The notes: a model not told the origin generated them from the sequence alone. A stretch of DNA of 64,000 nt from Gammaproteobacteria bacterium (GCA_965116495.1 OZ220696.1:4192001-4256000); one strand, 5' to 3'. Shown: positions 20,739 through 31,320, counted from the stretch's first letter. Program-made: numbers and translations.

Positions 20739-21215
20739 ATGTATCTCTATAAAAAATTATTTTGCAGGCATGCACAGCCTGTCGACTCCGGGATTAGCGA
20801 AGCGCTTGGCGGTGAATGACCAATGTATGTGTTCCCCGGACGCATGGCGTCTGGTTGCACGGGTGTGCAATCGATAGATAATGTTCGGAGTTCGAAACCG
20901 CGCTTAGACGGGTGACAAAAGCAGAAAAAAGACCTATAGCTAAAGATAATGCACTTGCAACGAGGTATTACTCAAGCTGCAACAACGGACTATATCATGA
21001 AATTAAATTAATTGCTTAAATAAAATAGCGCCAGTCCTGAGCGGCAAGTTTTTGATCTCAGAACTTGTCCCGTTCTATGAACTCTCTTACCTTGATTAAT
21101 GACTATATTCAGTCCATATTGAGTCATGCTGACGCTGACGGACGTTGAGATATGCAAACCCTGTTAAGCAGGCGCCTGCTGGGCGCTTAATCGGTAACTT
21201 TACTATTACCGTTCG

Positions 21216-23396
21216 ATGATCAGGTTGAGGAAAGTTATGGTGAATTACCCGCATCATTTTCTGTTTGCGCTGATTCTCTGCGTAGCATTTGCTCCGAGCC
21301 AGGCCAATGAACCGCAACTCCATATCCAGAGAACGGATAATCCGCCGGTCATTGACGGTGTGCTGGATGACGAAGCCTGGAAAGATGCGGCCCGGGTCAC
21401 GGAGTTTTTTCAAAGTGTTCCGGTTGAAGGCGCGCCAGTCAGCGAGGCGACGGAAGCTTACCTCACCTACGACAGCAACATGCTCTACGTGGGGGCGCGC
21501 TTGTACGATCGGAGTCCCGACGCGATTGTGGCCAGGGAAATGCGGGAGGATGAGGTGACGATCAGCGATGATATCTTTACCGTTGCCGTCGACAGCATGC
21601 TGGACCGGAAAAATGCGTTTGCGTTCTATATAAATGCCCTGGGTACGAAAGGCGATGCCCGCATCGAGAACAATCTCACACTCCGTGGCGAATGGGACGG
21701 CATCTGGTACGGCGCCGCCACGCGTGATGAAAAGGGCTGGGTCGCCGAGTTCGCCATCCCCTTCAGGACACTGTCCCTGGACGCCGATGCGCCCGCCTGG
21801 GGGCTGGAACTGGAGCGCCATATCAAGCGCCGTAACGAATTCGCGACGTGGGCCAATCATGACCAGGACAAGGGCTTCGGCTACGTGGCTGCCTACGGAG
21901 ACCTGCTGGGCCTGGAAGACCTCGACCAGGGAAGGGGCCTGGACATAAAGCCCCAGGCGGCGGGCCGGTACCGCAAGCGGTATGACAACGGCGACGAGGA
22001 TTTCACGATAAAACCGGGCGTGGAAGTGATTTACAAACTGACGCCCTCGTTGAACGGGTCCCTGATCATCAACCCGGATTTTTCCAATACCGTCGTGGAT
22101 GATATCAAGACCAACCTCACCCGGTTTGACCTGTTTTTCCCGGAGCAGCGGGATATTTTTGTGCGGGATGCGGACGTCTTCGAGTTTGGCGGGTTAAAGG
22201 ACGTGAATAGCATTCCCTTCTTTTCAAGGCGTATCGGACTGCCCTTTGACCGGGAAAACCCCGAGCCGCTCGACATCGACATCGGCGCCAAGCTGAGCGG
22301 CCGGATCGGGCGTTATACCATGGGTCTGCTGAATACGCAGATGGGTTCCGGGCAGGGGATCGGTTCGAAAAACCTGTCTGTCGCCAGGCTTGCCATGGAC
22401 GTCCAGGAGGAATCCAGGGTCGGCGCCATGATGACTTACGGCAACCCCACGGGCAGCGACGACAACGGCGTCGCCGGAGTTGATTACCGCTATCGCAACA
22501 GCAACCTGTTCGGTTCGCAGGTATTCGTGGTCGATGCCTATGCCATGAAGTCTTTCAGTGAAGGCATCGACAACGATGACTTGTCGTACGGCCTGACGCT
22601 GGAATTCCCCAACGACCGCTGGAATGTCAAGGCAAAATACCAGGAAATCCAGGAGAACTTCAATCCAGCGCTCGGTTTTGTCAATCGCTCCGGCATCAGG
22701 CTGTACGAGGGTGATTTGCGTTACCGGATCAGACCGAAAAACAACCGCTTGCTCAGGACCGTCAACTGGGGTTTTATGTCATCGTTCAAGACCACAACGG
22801 ATAACAAGCTTGAGAGCGGCCGGGTTTATATCCGGGTATTTGACCTGGAGAGTCATGACGGCGACCAGCTTCAAATCTGGGGGAACTGGCAGCGCGAAAC
22901 CTTGTTTAACCCCTTTGAAATCCAACCCGGCGTAATCATTCCCACGGGTGACTACGATTTCTACTATGGATGGACCAAGCTGTCCACGTCGGCTCACCGG
23001 CCTGTTTCCGTTGAAGTAAAGGCTAAATTCGGTGAATTCTATAATGGTGATCTCATTGATGTGCAGACGTTATTGCGCTGGCGGCCGACGCCTGATTTTT
23101 TCATCACCCTGGAACGCCATGTCTTCGACGTCGACCTGCCGGCAGGCGATTTCGAGTTTGAGATCAACCGCGCCCGATTCAATATCAACTTCACGCCGAC
23201 CTTGTCCTGGACCAATTACCTGCAACAGGAGTCCGAAACCCATTTCATGACGCTGCAGAGTCAGTTGCGCTGGATTATTGTACCGGGCAATGAACTGACC
23301 ATCACGCTCAACCATGACTGGTCAAAAGACAACGGCTCATACAAGCGCACCGAGGCTGATTTATTCGCCCGGCTGGTGTGGACGCACCGGTTCTAG
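21216..23396 (+). CDS. DUF5916 family protein (CBM9-like domain + probable beta-barrel)
   Basis: Signal peptide, PVIDGVLDDEAW, AEFAIPFRTL, NPDFS, RFDLFFPEQR, FFSRRIG, terminal F; start probably 21237. Confidence 0.8.
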   Translation: MIRLRKVMVNYPHHFLFALILCVAFAPSQANEPQLHIQRTDNPPVIDGVLDDEAWKDAARVTEFFQSVPVEGAPVSEATEAYLTYDSNMLYVGARLYDRSPDAIVAREMREDEVTISDDIFTVAVDSMLDRKNAFAFYINALGTKGDARIENNLTLRGEWDGIWYGAATRDEKGWVAEFAIPFRTLSLDADAPAWGLELERHIKRRNEFATWANHDQDKGFGYVAAYGDLLGLEDLDQGRGLDIKPQAAGRYRKRYDNGDEDFTIKPGVEVIYKLTPSLNGSLIINPDFSNTVVDDIKTNLTRFDLFFPEQRDIFVRDADVFEFGGLKDVNSIPFFSRRIGLPFDRENPEPLDIDIGAKLSGRIGRYTMGLLNTQMGSGQGIGSKNLSVARLAMDVQEESRVGAMMTYGNPTGSDDNGVAGVDYRYRNSNLFGSQVFVVDAYAMKSFSEGIDNDDLSYGLTLEFPNDRWNVKAKYQEIQENFNPALGFVNRSGIRLYEGDLRYRIRPKNNRLLRTVNWGFMSSFKTTTDNKLESGRVYIRVFDLESHDGDQLQIWGNWQRETLFNPFEIQPGVIIPTGDYDFYYGWTKLSTSAHRPVSVEVKAKFGEFYNGDLIDVQTLLRWRPTPDFFITLERHVFDVDLPAGDFEFEINRARFNINFTPTLSWTNYLQQESETHFMTLQSQLRWIIVPGNELTITLNHDWSKDNGSYKRTEADLFARLVWTHRF

Positions 23397-23438
23397 CAAT
23401 AAGAGTACGTGTTTATTCAATCGCTGACGAGGTGTCAT

Positions 23439-25532
23439 CTACGGTGAATACCAGATGGGTGACGTCCATGCCATTTCCTGGATGATATGGCGGGAACTGT
23501 CTTCGCACCCCTCCGGCCTGTCCGGCTTATCATATTTCAGACAGTCCAGCAGGCTCCAGCGCGGGCTGGGATTTTCCACCACGCGCAGGTAGTAGTACGC
23601 AGGCTGCGCCGGATCAAAATCTTCATCCCTGAACATCGCGCACAGGGAAGCATTACCTGCGCCATAACGTGAACCGTCTGCCGCGTTCACCCCGGCCCCG
23701 TTATCCCTGTTGCCGGCGACGCTGTGCACCTTGAAATGGGGAATCCCTGCTGCGCTTACCCAGCCTTTTATCACCTGTAACTGTTGCAGGGGGGTTGCAT
23801 CGGCGGCCGGGTCCTGCAGGGCCGATACGATGAATGCCGGCCTGGCGGCATCATCCGGCCTAGCTGGGAGATCGCTGCCCATGGGCACACCCCTGTTATA
23901 GGCGTCTGCAACCATATCAATCATCTCGCAACTCCCGGCGTCAAAGGCCCAGCCGCCAAAGAAACGCGGTACGATACGGGGTCCCGAGGTGCCGAATACC
24001 TCCCGGCGCTGCATGGCGTCAAAAATCGCATCACGGGAATTCTCTTCGGCCCATACGCCCGCGAGTCCCCCCGGGTTACCAAGAATACCGCTGGGCAAGG
24101 TGCCGGGCTTTAATCGATCCTCAAGCTCCGTCTCGCCGGTGACATAGCCTCGCCATTGATTTTCCTTTACCGAGCCCGGTGTACTGGTATGGCCGTCGCT
24201 GGCGGCAACCACGCCCAGCTTGACGGGATTAATGCCGATCTCCTGTTCTTGTGCCAGTCCGGTCAGCAATGCCGTGCGCAGGAAGTCGTTGCCGGATACA
24301 CAGCCGCCCCCCATCATGCCATGACGCCCCGCCCCATCCTTGCATTCGACCGTTTCCGCGGACGGGTCCTCTACATCGAACACGATTTCAGTTCCGTCGA
24401 GCCTGATATTAATTCGTTTTGCAAGGGATCCGATGTTACGTACCTGCTCGATATCGCACAACTCATCGGGCGCCCCGACAACTCCACTGAGCCCGTTGAC
24501 ACATTCCGAGCCGCCCTTGTGCTGGAACACTTCCATCATCGGTTCATTCCGTTGCCGGGCCCTGGCGTAGGTAACCCGGTTTTCAAGCGTCGGATCGAGG
24601 TTGGCATAGGGGGTGAGCAAGCGGCCGTTGGAGATGTTACTGTTATGGGGAATGGTCAGGTAACCGCAGCCCTCTTCCTCCCTGCAAACCTTGTCCAGTT
24701 GCTGCCACAGGAGATAGTCGAAGGGATATTCCATGTAGGTTACCGGCAGGTCCGGTACGTTATTGTTGCGGAAAATCACGTTGCGATGATAATTGGAGTT
24801 ATTGGGACTACCTGTGTATTCATAAGCGACGAAACTGGAAAACCTGCACTCTGCGCTGCGGTCGTAGGCCTGTTCCGCAGCATCAATCACTACCTGCCAG
24901 GGCCCGGCAGCAAAGTCGCGGCACAGTTGGCCGTCCTCTCCGCACAGCATCCGGATCCTTTGTGGGTATTCACCACTCATTGAAGTGGCAATCATGGCGG
25001 ATCCGCGAAACTCGACCCTGCGATACTCCGTGCAGAACTCACCGTCATAGGCGGGGGAATCCTGTTGCTTGCACAGTGCGGTTTCACCGAGAAACTCGCC
25101 GTGATCGGTCACCGCAACAAAGTCCAGGGGACGATCGATACTGATTTTGCCAAGGATATTACCCTTATCATCTACCGGGAAAAATGGGATGGCCTCACCT
25201 TTAGCGAAGCGGTAGGCATCTGCGGGCAAGGTCCTGGTGCGTCCCGCTGCGGCATCGAAAGACAGGGAGGTATGCACGTGTAGCTCACCGAACAGGGGCC
25301 TGCGCTCAGGGCTGTAGTGTGCGCACGGTTCCCTGTCCTCGCTGTATTTTCGTCCACTGTTGTCTGTGCGCGGGATCGCGGATGGATCCGTTGCGGTCAC
25401 ACTTTGGGCAACCACTACGCCGCCGCTATCGTTCTGCCGGTCCGAGCACCCGGTTGAGATAAAAATGAACAGACCGGTAACGGTAATGAGTAAGTGCTTG
25501 TGCATTGGGGATGATGCTGTGGTCTCAGGCAA
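23439..25532 (-). CDS. DUF3604 domain lipoprotein (PHP-like metallohydrolase)
   Basis: FGELHVHTSLSFDA, VTDHGE, HRNVIF, IPHNSN, GTSGPR, AWTSPIWY; lipobox-like TGC. Confidence 0.85.
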   Translation of the reverse strand: MPETTASSPMHKHLLITVTGLFIFISTGCSDRQNDSGGVVVAQSVTATDPSAIPRTDNSGRKYSEDREPCAHYSPERRPLFGELHVHTSLSFDAAAGRTRTLPADAYRFAKGEAIPFFPVDDKGNILGKISIDRPLDFVAVTDHGEFLGETALCKQQDSPAYDGEFCTEYRRVEFRGSAMIATSMSGEYPQRIRMLCGEDGQLCRDFAAGPWQVVIDAAEQAYDRSAECRFSSFVAYEYTGSPNNSNYHRNVIFRNNNVPDLPVTYMEYPFDYLLWQQLDKVCREEEGCGYLTIPHNSNISNGRLLTPYANLDPTLENRVTYARARQRNEPMMEVFQHKGGSECVNGLSGVVGAPDELCDIEQVRNIGSLAKRINIRLDGTEIVFDVEDPSAETVECKDGAGRHGMMGGGCVSGNDFLRTALLTGLAQEQEIGINPVKLGVVAASDGHTSTPGSVKENQWRGYVTGETELEDRLKPGTLPSGILGNPGGLAGVWAEENSRDAIFDAMQRREVFGTSGPRIVPRFFGGWAFDAGSCEMIDMVADAYNRGVPMGSDLPARPDDAARPAFIVSALQDPAADATPLQQLQVIKGWVSAAGIPHFKVHSVAGNRDNGAGVNAADGSRYGAGNASLCAMFRDEDFDPAQPAYYYLRVVENPSPRWSLLDCLKYDKPDRPEGCEDSSRHIIQEMAWTSPIWYSP

Positions 25533-25539
25533 TCATGGT

Positions 25540-27195
25540 TTAACAGGGGGCTGGATACGCCGCGCCGGCAGGCCTGATGACACCGTTGCAGTTTTTCATT
25601 GGCACACACAGAACTCCCAGGAAACCGCCGGTTGATTGTGTGGTGGTCCAGTACGTGCATGAAGGTGGCGGGGGTTTTGGTGGTTCAGGTGGTTCTATAA
25701 CAGGGGGTTCGCAATTTTTTGTACCACTGACCCGCTGTGTCGATGCAGGCGCATTACCCGGTTTGCAGTTAGCCGGAGAGGACGTAACGGTGCGGGTCTG
25801 CGCGAACGTTTCACCATCGCAGTAGCTGCTTGCTGAGGGCGACCATGAACCTGTCCTGTAAGTGCAGGGTGGGGTGCAATCCTTCGCGCCGGAAACAGTT
25901 TGCGTGGAAGCCGGCGCGCGGCCACCCTCGCATGGGCTGTTGACCAGGGTGACGGTCCGGGATTGGGCGCCGCTGCTGCCCCGGCAGATGCCGGCCGGAC
26001 TGTCACCGGTCCAGGGGCCGGTAGTCCATCGGCAGGTCGGCAGGGTACAGTCCTTGCTGCCGTACACAGTCTGGCTGGCGCTGGGTGCGCTACCGCCGGC
26101 GCAGGGATTATTGACGATGGTCACGGTGCGGGATTGCGCTACGGTGCGGGTATTACACACGCCGCCGGCGCCGGGTGTCCAGGAGCCGGTGGTGTAGCGG
26201 CAGGTCTCCTGCGTGCAGTGTTTGGCGCCGTAAACGTCCTGTGTTTCGGTGCTGCAATCTGAGATGGTACGTGACTGCGTGAACTCATCGTTGGTGCAAT
26301 AACCGGATTGCGAGGGTGACCAGGCAGTCGGTTGACAGACTTGCGGGCAATTCTTCGTGCCGGTGGCGGTCCGGGTGCCGGTTGAACAGTCGCTGTTACG
26401 GCGGGTCTGGGTGAAGGTATCGCCGCCGCACACGGAAGATACGGCGGGCGTCCAGTCCCGGACAGTACAACGGTTGCAGTTTTTGGCGCCGGTCATGATG
26501 CGGGTATCGGTGGAACAGTCGCTCAAGGTACGGGCCTGGGTAAAACTGTTGCCTTGGCAAATGGTGTCGATTTCAGGAGACCAGTCTGTCGCGGGGCAGG
26601 TTGTCGCACACTGTTTTATACCGGTTGCCGTCTGTGTTTCCATGGTGCAATCGGCCAGGGTGCGGGTTTGCTCAAACGTGTTGCCGGCACACACGGTATC
26701 GGTCCCCGGGGACCAATCGGTAACAGTGCAAGTGTCACCCGGGGGTGGAATAACAGGCGGTGTGCCGGCGAGGCACGCGGAGGGTGAACACTGGGCGAGG
26801 GTCAGGGCGGGGGTGCAGGAAAACGGTGCCCCGGTGTCCCATGCACCGCCGTCATCACAAATACACGCGAACAGGTCGGGATCGCTGTCAATCTTGCTGA
26901 GAAATGAACAGAAACCATCTTCGTTCTTCAGGTTGACGGGGAATCCGCCAGCGCTGCGTTCACTCCATAATTTGAACGCTTTAGACGTGGTTTTACTGTG
27001 TCCCTCCGGTCGATGCCGGCGCACGATACTGGGACTGTCACCCGACCACAGGATCAACGCGTTGGTATTACCGGGCTCGCCGCCGCCGAATTTACCTTCG
27101 TCGCCGTATTCGCTGGTTTGCAAGGTATGTTTATCGACTGTATCGGCATGACAAACACAAATTGAAAAGAAAAGGACAAATAGAGTACGAATCAC
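25540..27195 (-). CDS. secreted Cys-rich protein with seven thrombospondin type 1-like repeats
   Basis: Signal peptide; repeats C-x4/6-W-[ST]-P...C...Q-x-R...C...G-x-K-x-C; Pro-rich linkers. Confidence 0.75.
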   Translation of the reverse strand: MIRTLFVLFFSICVCHADTVDKHTLQTSEYGDEGKFGGGEPGNTNALILWSGDSPSIVRRHRPEGHSKTTSKAFKLWSERSAGGFPVNLKNEDGFCSFLSKIDSDPDLFACICDDGGAWDTGAPFSCTPALTLAQCSPSACLAGTPPVIPPPGDTCTVTDWSPGTDTVCAGNTFEQTRTLADCTMETQTATGIKQCATTCPATDWSPEIDTICQGNSFTQARTLSDCSTDTRIMTGAKNCNRCTVRDWTPAVSSVCGGDTFTQTRRNSDCSTGTRTATGTKNCPQVCQPTAWSPSQSGYCTNDEFTQSRTISDCSTETQDVYGAKHCTQETCRYTTGSWTPGAGGVCNTRTVAQSRTVTIVNNPCAGGSAPSASQTVYGSKDCTLPTCRWTTGPWTGDSPAGICRGSSGAQSRTVTLVNSPCEGGRAPASTQTVSGAKDCTPPCTYRTGSWSPSASSYCDGETFAQTRTVTSSPANCKPGNAPASTQRVSGTKNCEPPVIEPPEPPKPPPPSCTYWTTTQSTGGFLGVLCVPMKNCNGVIRPAGAAYPAPC

Positions 27196-27502
27196 TGTAT
27201 TACAACCCCAAATCCATTAAATTGAGAGTTCAGGCTATACCTATTACGGATCAATGTAAATATTTTTTTGATCGCCGGTTACGGCAATCGGGCCTTGCAA
27301 TGACATCAATCAGTACAAGAGGATATAAATCAGCTATAATCTGCGGCCTTTATAGGACCTTAAAGAACCGGTATCCTGTTGCGCTTTACCGTATCGAGTC
27401 ATACATCACCAGATAAAAGCCCCAACGCGACTACTGGTGCAGTGTTGGAACAGGTGATCAAAGTTCTTCCTTAGTGAATTGAACCCAGGAGACGAGACAA
27501 GA

Positions 27503-28588
27503 ATGAGTGTACCTGTCAACCCCAAAGCAGGGGTCATATTCAAATCCTATGAACCCCTGGCGTCCATGCAGGCCTACGCCCGGCAGACCGAGGAATCCAA
27601 CCTGATGGGCGGGTTCTGGATCGCCGAGGCCTACCACTGGTTTCGCCAGTACGGCCTGGAGGCACGCGGCTGTTTTACCACGCTGGCGGCAGTCAGTATG
27701 GCGACCGGCAAAATTCCCATCGGGCTTGGCATCACTTCACCGTACATGCGCCATCCCACCATACAGGCATCCGAGGCGGCGGCCATAGACGAGTTGTCCG
27801 GCGGCCGTTTCATCATGGGCATCGGTGTGGGCAAGGTGGGCATCGAGTACCTGGAATATGATATTGAACAACTGCGCCCGGTCGGGGTCCACCACGAATC
27901 CATGGAGATCATGCGCAAGGTCTTCTCCGGGGAGGCCTACGAGTACAAGGGCAAGTATTTTGAATCCTCCATGCCGGCATACGACCGGGCCGGCGATGGA
28001 CTGCGCACAGAAATTCCCATCTACGTGGGCGCCACCGGGCCGTTCATGCAAAAACTCAGCGGCCGCGAGAGCGACGGCATGCTTCTGGCGGGGCTGACCT
28101 CTCCCCCCTTCGTTAAATACGCCCGTGAGAATATGGCTGCCGGCGCAGCGAAGGCGGAACGCACCCTGCCGGCTGACTTTCCGGTGGGGGGCGTGATCCT
28201 CTGTTCCTGCTCACGGGACGGCGACAAGGCGCGGGACGCAACCCGCCCCTATACGGGTACCTACGTGGTGAACAAGATCAGGAACATCAAAAACGACATA
28301 ATCCTGGCTGGCTCGGGCTTGCCCGACTCGGCCTGGGACCCGTTCCGCCAGGCCATCGCAGACGGTACCCAGGATCATGTCACCCAGCACGTAACGGACG
28401 AGATGATGCGCCGGTTTACCGTCATATCCGGCACCCCGGAGGACTGCCTCGAGATCACCCAGGAACTGGTGGATGCGGGCCTGAACCTGCCGCTGCTGGA
28501 AGTAGTCGGCGCTGATGAAGCGGATAACCTGGAGACCATCCGCCTGATGGGCGAGGAGGTCGTGCCTAATCTTAGGCCTGCGGCATGA
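27503..28588 (+). CDS. LLM-class (luciferase-like) oxidoreductase, possibly F420-dependent
   Basis: WIAE, ITSPYMRHP, ELSGGRFIMGIG, IPIYVGATGP; ATG at 27503 preferred as start. Confidence 0.85.
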   Translation: MSVPVNPKAGVIFKSYEPLASMQAYARQTEESNLMGGFWIAEAYHWFRQYGLEARGCFTTLAAVSMATGKIPIGLGITSPYMRHPTIQASEAAAIDELSGGRFIMGIGVGKVGIEYLEYDIEQLRPVGVHHESMEIMRKVFSGEAYEYKGKYFESSMPAYDRAGDGLRTEIPIYVGATGPFMQKLSGRESDGMLLAGLTSPPFVKYARENMAAGAAKAERTLPADFPVGGVILCSCSRDGDKARDATRPYTGTYVVNKIRNIKNDIILAGSGLPDSAWDPFRQAIADGTQDHVTQHVTDEMMRRFTVISGTPEDCLEITQELVDAGLNLPLLEVVGADEADNLETIRLMGEEVVPNLRPAA

Positions 28589-28688
28589 CGGAATATCGCC
28601 ATACCGGGCTTGGCCATCTTATTCGTCATGCCGGGATTGGCATTCGCCGGAATGACGGGTTGAGTATGAAGATTGAGGAAATAAAACG

Positions 28689-29606
28689 ATGAAACTAGCG
28701 ACATTTGACATTGACAGCAGCGGAAAACGCACCATAGGGGTATACCATAACGGTGTCTACGTGGACCTCGTCACCCTGTCCGGCGGTATGTTGCCGTCGG
28801 ATATGGTCGAGTTTCTCAAAGCCGGCGAGGCCGCCATGGACCAGGCCCGCAGCCTGCTGGTAGGGATCGGAGGCTCGGCCGGCAAGTATATTTATGCGGA
28901 AGATGAGATTACCCTGCAGTCGCCGGTGCCGTTGCCCGGCAAGATAGTGCATACCTCTTGCAATTTTGATTCCCACCTGCAGGAACTGACGACCTGGAAC
29001 GATCCGGAATGGGAGTCCCACAACTGGGGCGATTTTCATTTTGAACACCCTACCGGCTTCCTGGAAGCGCCGTCGTCCGTGGTGCCCAGCGGCGCCGGGG
29101 TCGAGATCCCGGTCTTCACCAGGCAACTGGATTACGAGATCGAGATCGCCATCATCATCGGCAAGGAGGCCTACAAGGTTGGCGTCGAAGAGGCCTTCGA
29201 CTACGTGGCGGGCTATACCATCTTCAATGATCTGTCCGCCCGGGACATCCAGGCCCGGGAGCATTCGAACAAGGTGATCCTGATGGGCAAGAGTTTCAAG
29301 GGTTCCTGTCCCCTGGGCCCCTGGCTGGTCACGCTGGATGAGCTGGACGATCCCCACGACCTGGACATGAAACTGCGCGTCAATGGCGAAGTGCGCCAGG
29401 ACGCTAATACCGGGCAGATGCACTACAAGACCGCGGAACTGGTCTCCTGGTGGTCGCACATGGGCCTGTATCCCGGCGACGTCATCACCAGCGGCAGTCC
29501 TCCCGGTGTCGCGGCCGGCATGGAATCACCCAGGTGGCTGCAGGCGGGGGACACGGTGGATGCGAGCATTGCGAAACTGGGCACGCTGACGACCAAGATC
29601 ATATAA
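28689..29606 (+). CDS. fumarylacetoacetate hydrolase family protein
   Basis: LDYEIEIA, NDLSARDIQ, GKSF, GDVITSGSPPGV. Confidence 0.9.
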   Translation: MKLATFDIDSSGKRTIGVYHNGVYVDLVTLSGGMLPSDMVEFLKAGEAAMDQARSLLVGIGGSAGKYIYAEDEITLQSPVPLPGKIVHTSCNFDSHLQELTTWNDPEWESHNWGDFHFEHPTGFLEAPSSVVPSGAGVEIPVFTRQLDYEIEIAIIIGKEAYKVGVEEAFDYVAGYTIFNDLSARDIQAREHSNKVILMGKSFKGSCPLGPWLVTLDELDDPHDLDMKLRVNGEVRQDANTGQMHYKTAELVSWWSHMGLYPGDVITSGSPPGVAAGMESPRWLQAGDTVDASIAKLGTLTTKII

Positions 29607-29609
29607 TTC

Positions 29610-29791
29610 ACATGGATGTACAGGATATACAGGATTTATTATTGTGTATTATCAATCCAGCCGTATCACGTGTCTGCCTATATCCGCCCCCTTGTGATCC
29701 GGAGTCTCCGCAATTCACGCCACAGGTTACGTTTCTGTGTATGCCCGGATATAAAACCTTTAAATATCCTGTATATCCTGTACATCCATGT
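29610..29791. repeat. 182-bp element bounded by perfect 26-bp inverted repeats
   Basis: ACATGGATGTACAGGATATACAGGAT (29610-29635) and its reverse complement (29766-29791). Confidence 0.8.
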
Positions 29792-29825
29792 TAAGTTATT
29801 ATCCATGTTAAATAAGGTATAAATA

Positions 29826-31100
29826 ATGAATGCTGAAGTGAACAAGGAATTGCTGGCCCGGGCCATCGACCACATCGACCGGCAGCGCCTGGTGAAACTG
29901 GTGATGGACCTGGTCGACATTCCCAGCCCTACCGGTGAAGAGGAGGACGTCGCCCGCGCCCTGCATGAAATTCTCGGCTCGGCCGGATTTGACGCTACCC
30001 TGCAGCCCATCGGCGATGACCGTTATAACGCGATCGGGCGCCTGCAAGGGCAGGGTGGCGGAAAGTCGCTGCTGTTCAACGGTCACCTGGATACCTCGTT
30101 CGGCCCGGAACAGGCCCATCGCGGCCTCGGTTACCAGTGCAAGGCCACCCTGGTCGACAACGAATGGATTTACGGCATGGGCTCTTTCAACATGAAGAGT
30201 GCCATGGGCACGTATATCGTCGCCACGGAGGCAATCAGGAAGGCCGGCATCAAACTGGCTGGCGACGTGGTCATCGCCGGTGTGGCCGGCGAGATAGAGA
30301 AAGCGCCGGTGAACGATTTTGAGGGCAGACAATACCAGGGCTACGGCGTCGGCACCAAGTTTGCGATCACCCACGGCGCGGTGGCTGATTTCTGCATCCT
30401 GGGGGAACCCACCAACATGATGCTGATCCCGCGCCATTGCGGCACGACCTGGCTCAAGATCACCGTGCCGGGGCGCCTGATCCATACCGCCTGGTCCAAG
30501 CTGGAGTCCAACGCGATCAACAAGTCCCGGAAAATCCTGGATGCCATCCACGACTGGATCCCGGGTTATTGCGAACGCAACCAGGTGGGCGATTTCCAGC
30601 CCCGGGTGAACGTCTCCGCCATCGAGGGCGGCTGGCCCTGGCGTGGCGCCAGGACCCCGGACAACTGCTGCATCTACATGGACGTCAGGACCATACCGGG
30701 TGTGATGCCGGTCCAGGTCTACAACGAGGTACGGGAATTGATTGCAGGCGTCGTCGGCGCCAACGAGGAACTGGCCGGCGTCAAGACGGAGATCTTTTTA
30801 TCCGCGCCGGGCACTTCCATACCGGATGACCATGAACTGGTGCAGACCGTCATCAAGGCGCACACCGACCAGCTCGGCAAGCCGCCGCAGATGGGCATGG
30901 AAACCTGGTACAGCGATGCCGCGCACATGAACCGTTACGGCATCCCGACGGTGAATTACGGCTCAGCCGGACGTATCCGCACCACCGGCAGCGGCGGTTT
31001 CTCCACCAGCCAGGGCGAAGCGGTGTATATCGGCGACATGCTGGATATCATCAGGGTCTATATCCAGGCCATATTGATGATCTGCGGGGTTGCGGAGTGA
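29826..31100 (+). CDS. M20 family metallo-hydrolase (ArgE/DapE-like)
   Basis: IPSPTGEE, NGHLDT, GMGSFNMK, LGEPT, SDA. Confidence 0.85.
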   Translation: MNAEVNKELLARAIDHIDRQRLVKLVMDLVDIPSPTGEEEDVARALHEILGSAGFDATLQPIGDDRYNAIGRLQGQGGGKSLLFNGHLDTSFGPEQAHRGLGYQCKATLVDNEWIYGMGSFNMKSAMGTYIVATEAIRKAGIKLAGDVVIAGVAGEIEKAPVNDFEGRQYQGYGVGTKFAITHGAVADFCILGEPTNMMLIPRHCGTTWLKITVPGRLIHTAWSKLESNAINKSRKILDAIHDWIPGYCERNQVGDFQPRVNVSAIEGGWPWRGARTPDNCCIYMDVRTIPGVMPVQVYNEVRELIAGVVGANEELAGVKTEIFLSAPGTSIPDDHELVQTVIKAHTDQLGKPPQMGMETWYSDAAHMNRYGIPTVNYGSAGRIRTTGSGGFSTSQGEAVYIGDMLDIIRVYIQAILMICGVAE

Positions 31101-31102
31101 GC

Positions 31103-31320
31103 AGTCATCAGTCATGCCGCGCTCGTCATGCCGGGCTTGACCCGGTATCCGGTGGAATACTGAGTCGCCCGCAGGGCGACCCGTTGTTTCACTGGATTCC
31201 GGCTTGCGCCGGAATGACGACAGAGCGATTCGAGCGGGCACCCGCCATTCCGGTACAGTGAGCGGGCGCCCGTCATTCGAGCATCTGTCACCCGTCATTC
31301 CGGCGCAAGCCGAAATCCAG
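31103..31320. repeat. cluster of palindromic elements at the M20/fbiC junction
   Basis: GTCATGCCGGGCTTGACCCGGTATCC, CTGGATTCCGGCTTGCGCCGGAATGAC, GTCATTCCGGCGCAAGCCGAAATCCAG. Confidence 0.75.

Noticed and set aside
20739-21215. Long intergenic region upstream of rhlE as a structured RNA
   Set aside because: No riboswitch or ncRNA consensus recognisable by eye; an Rfam scan is needed
26357-27151. 264-aa repetitive plus-strand ORF
   Set aside because: Antisense shadow of the Cys-rich repeat gene
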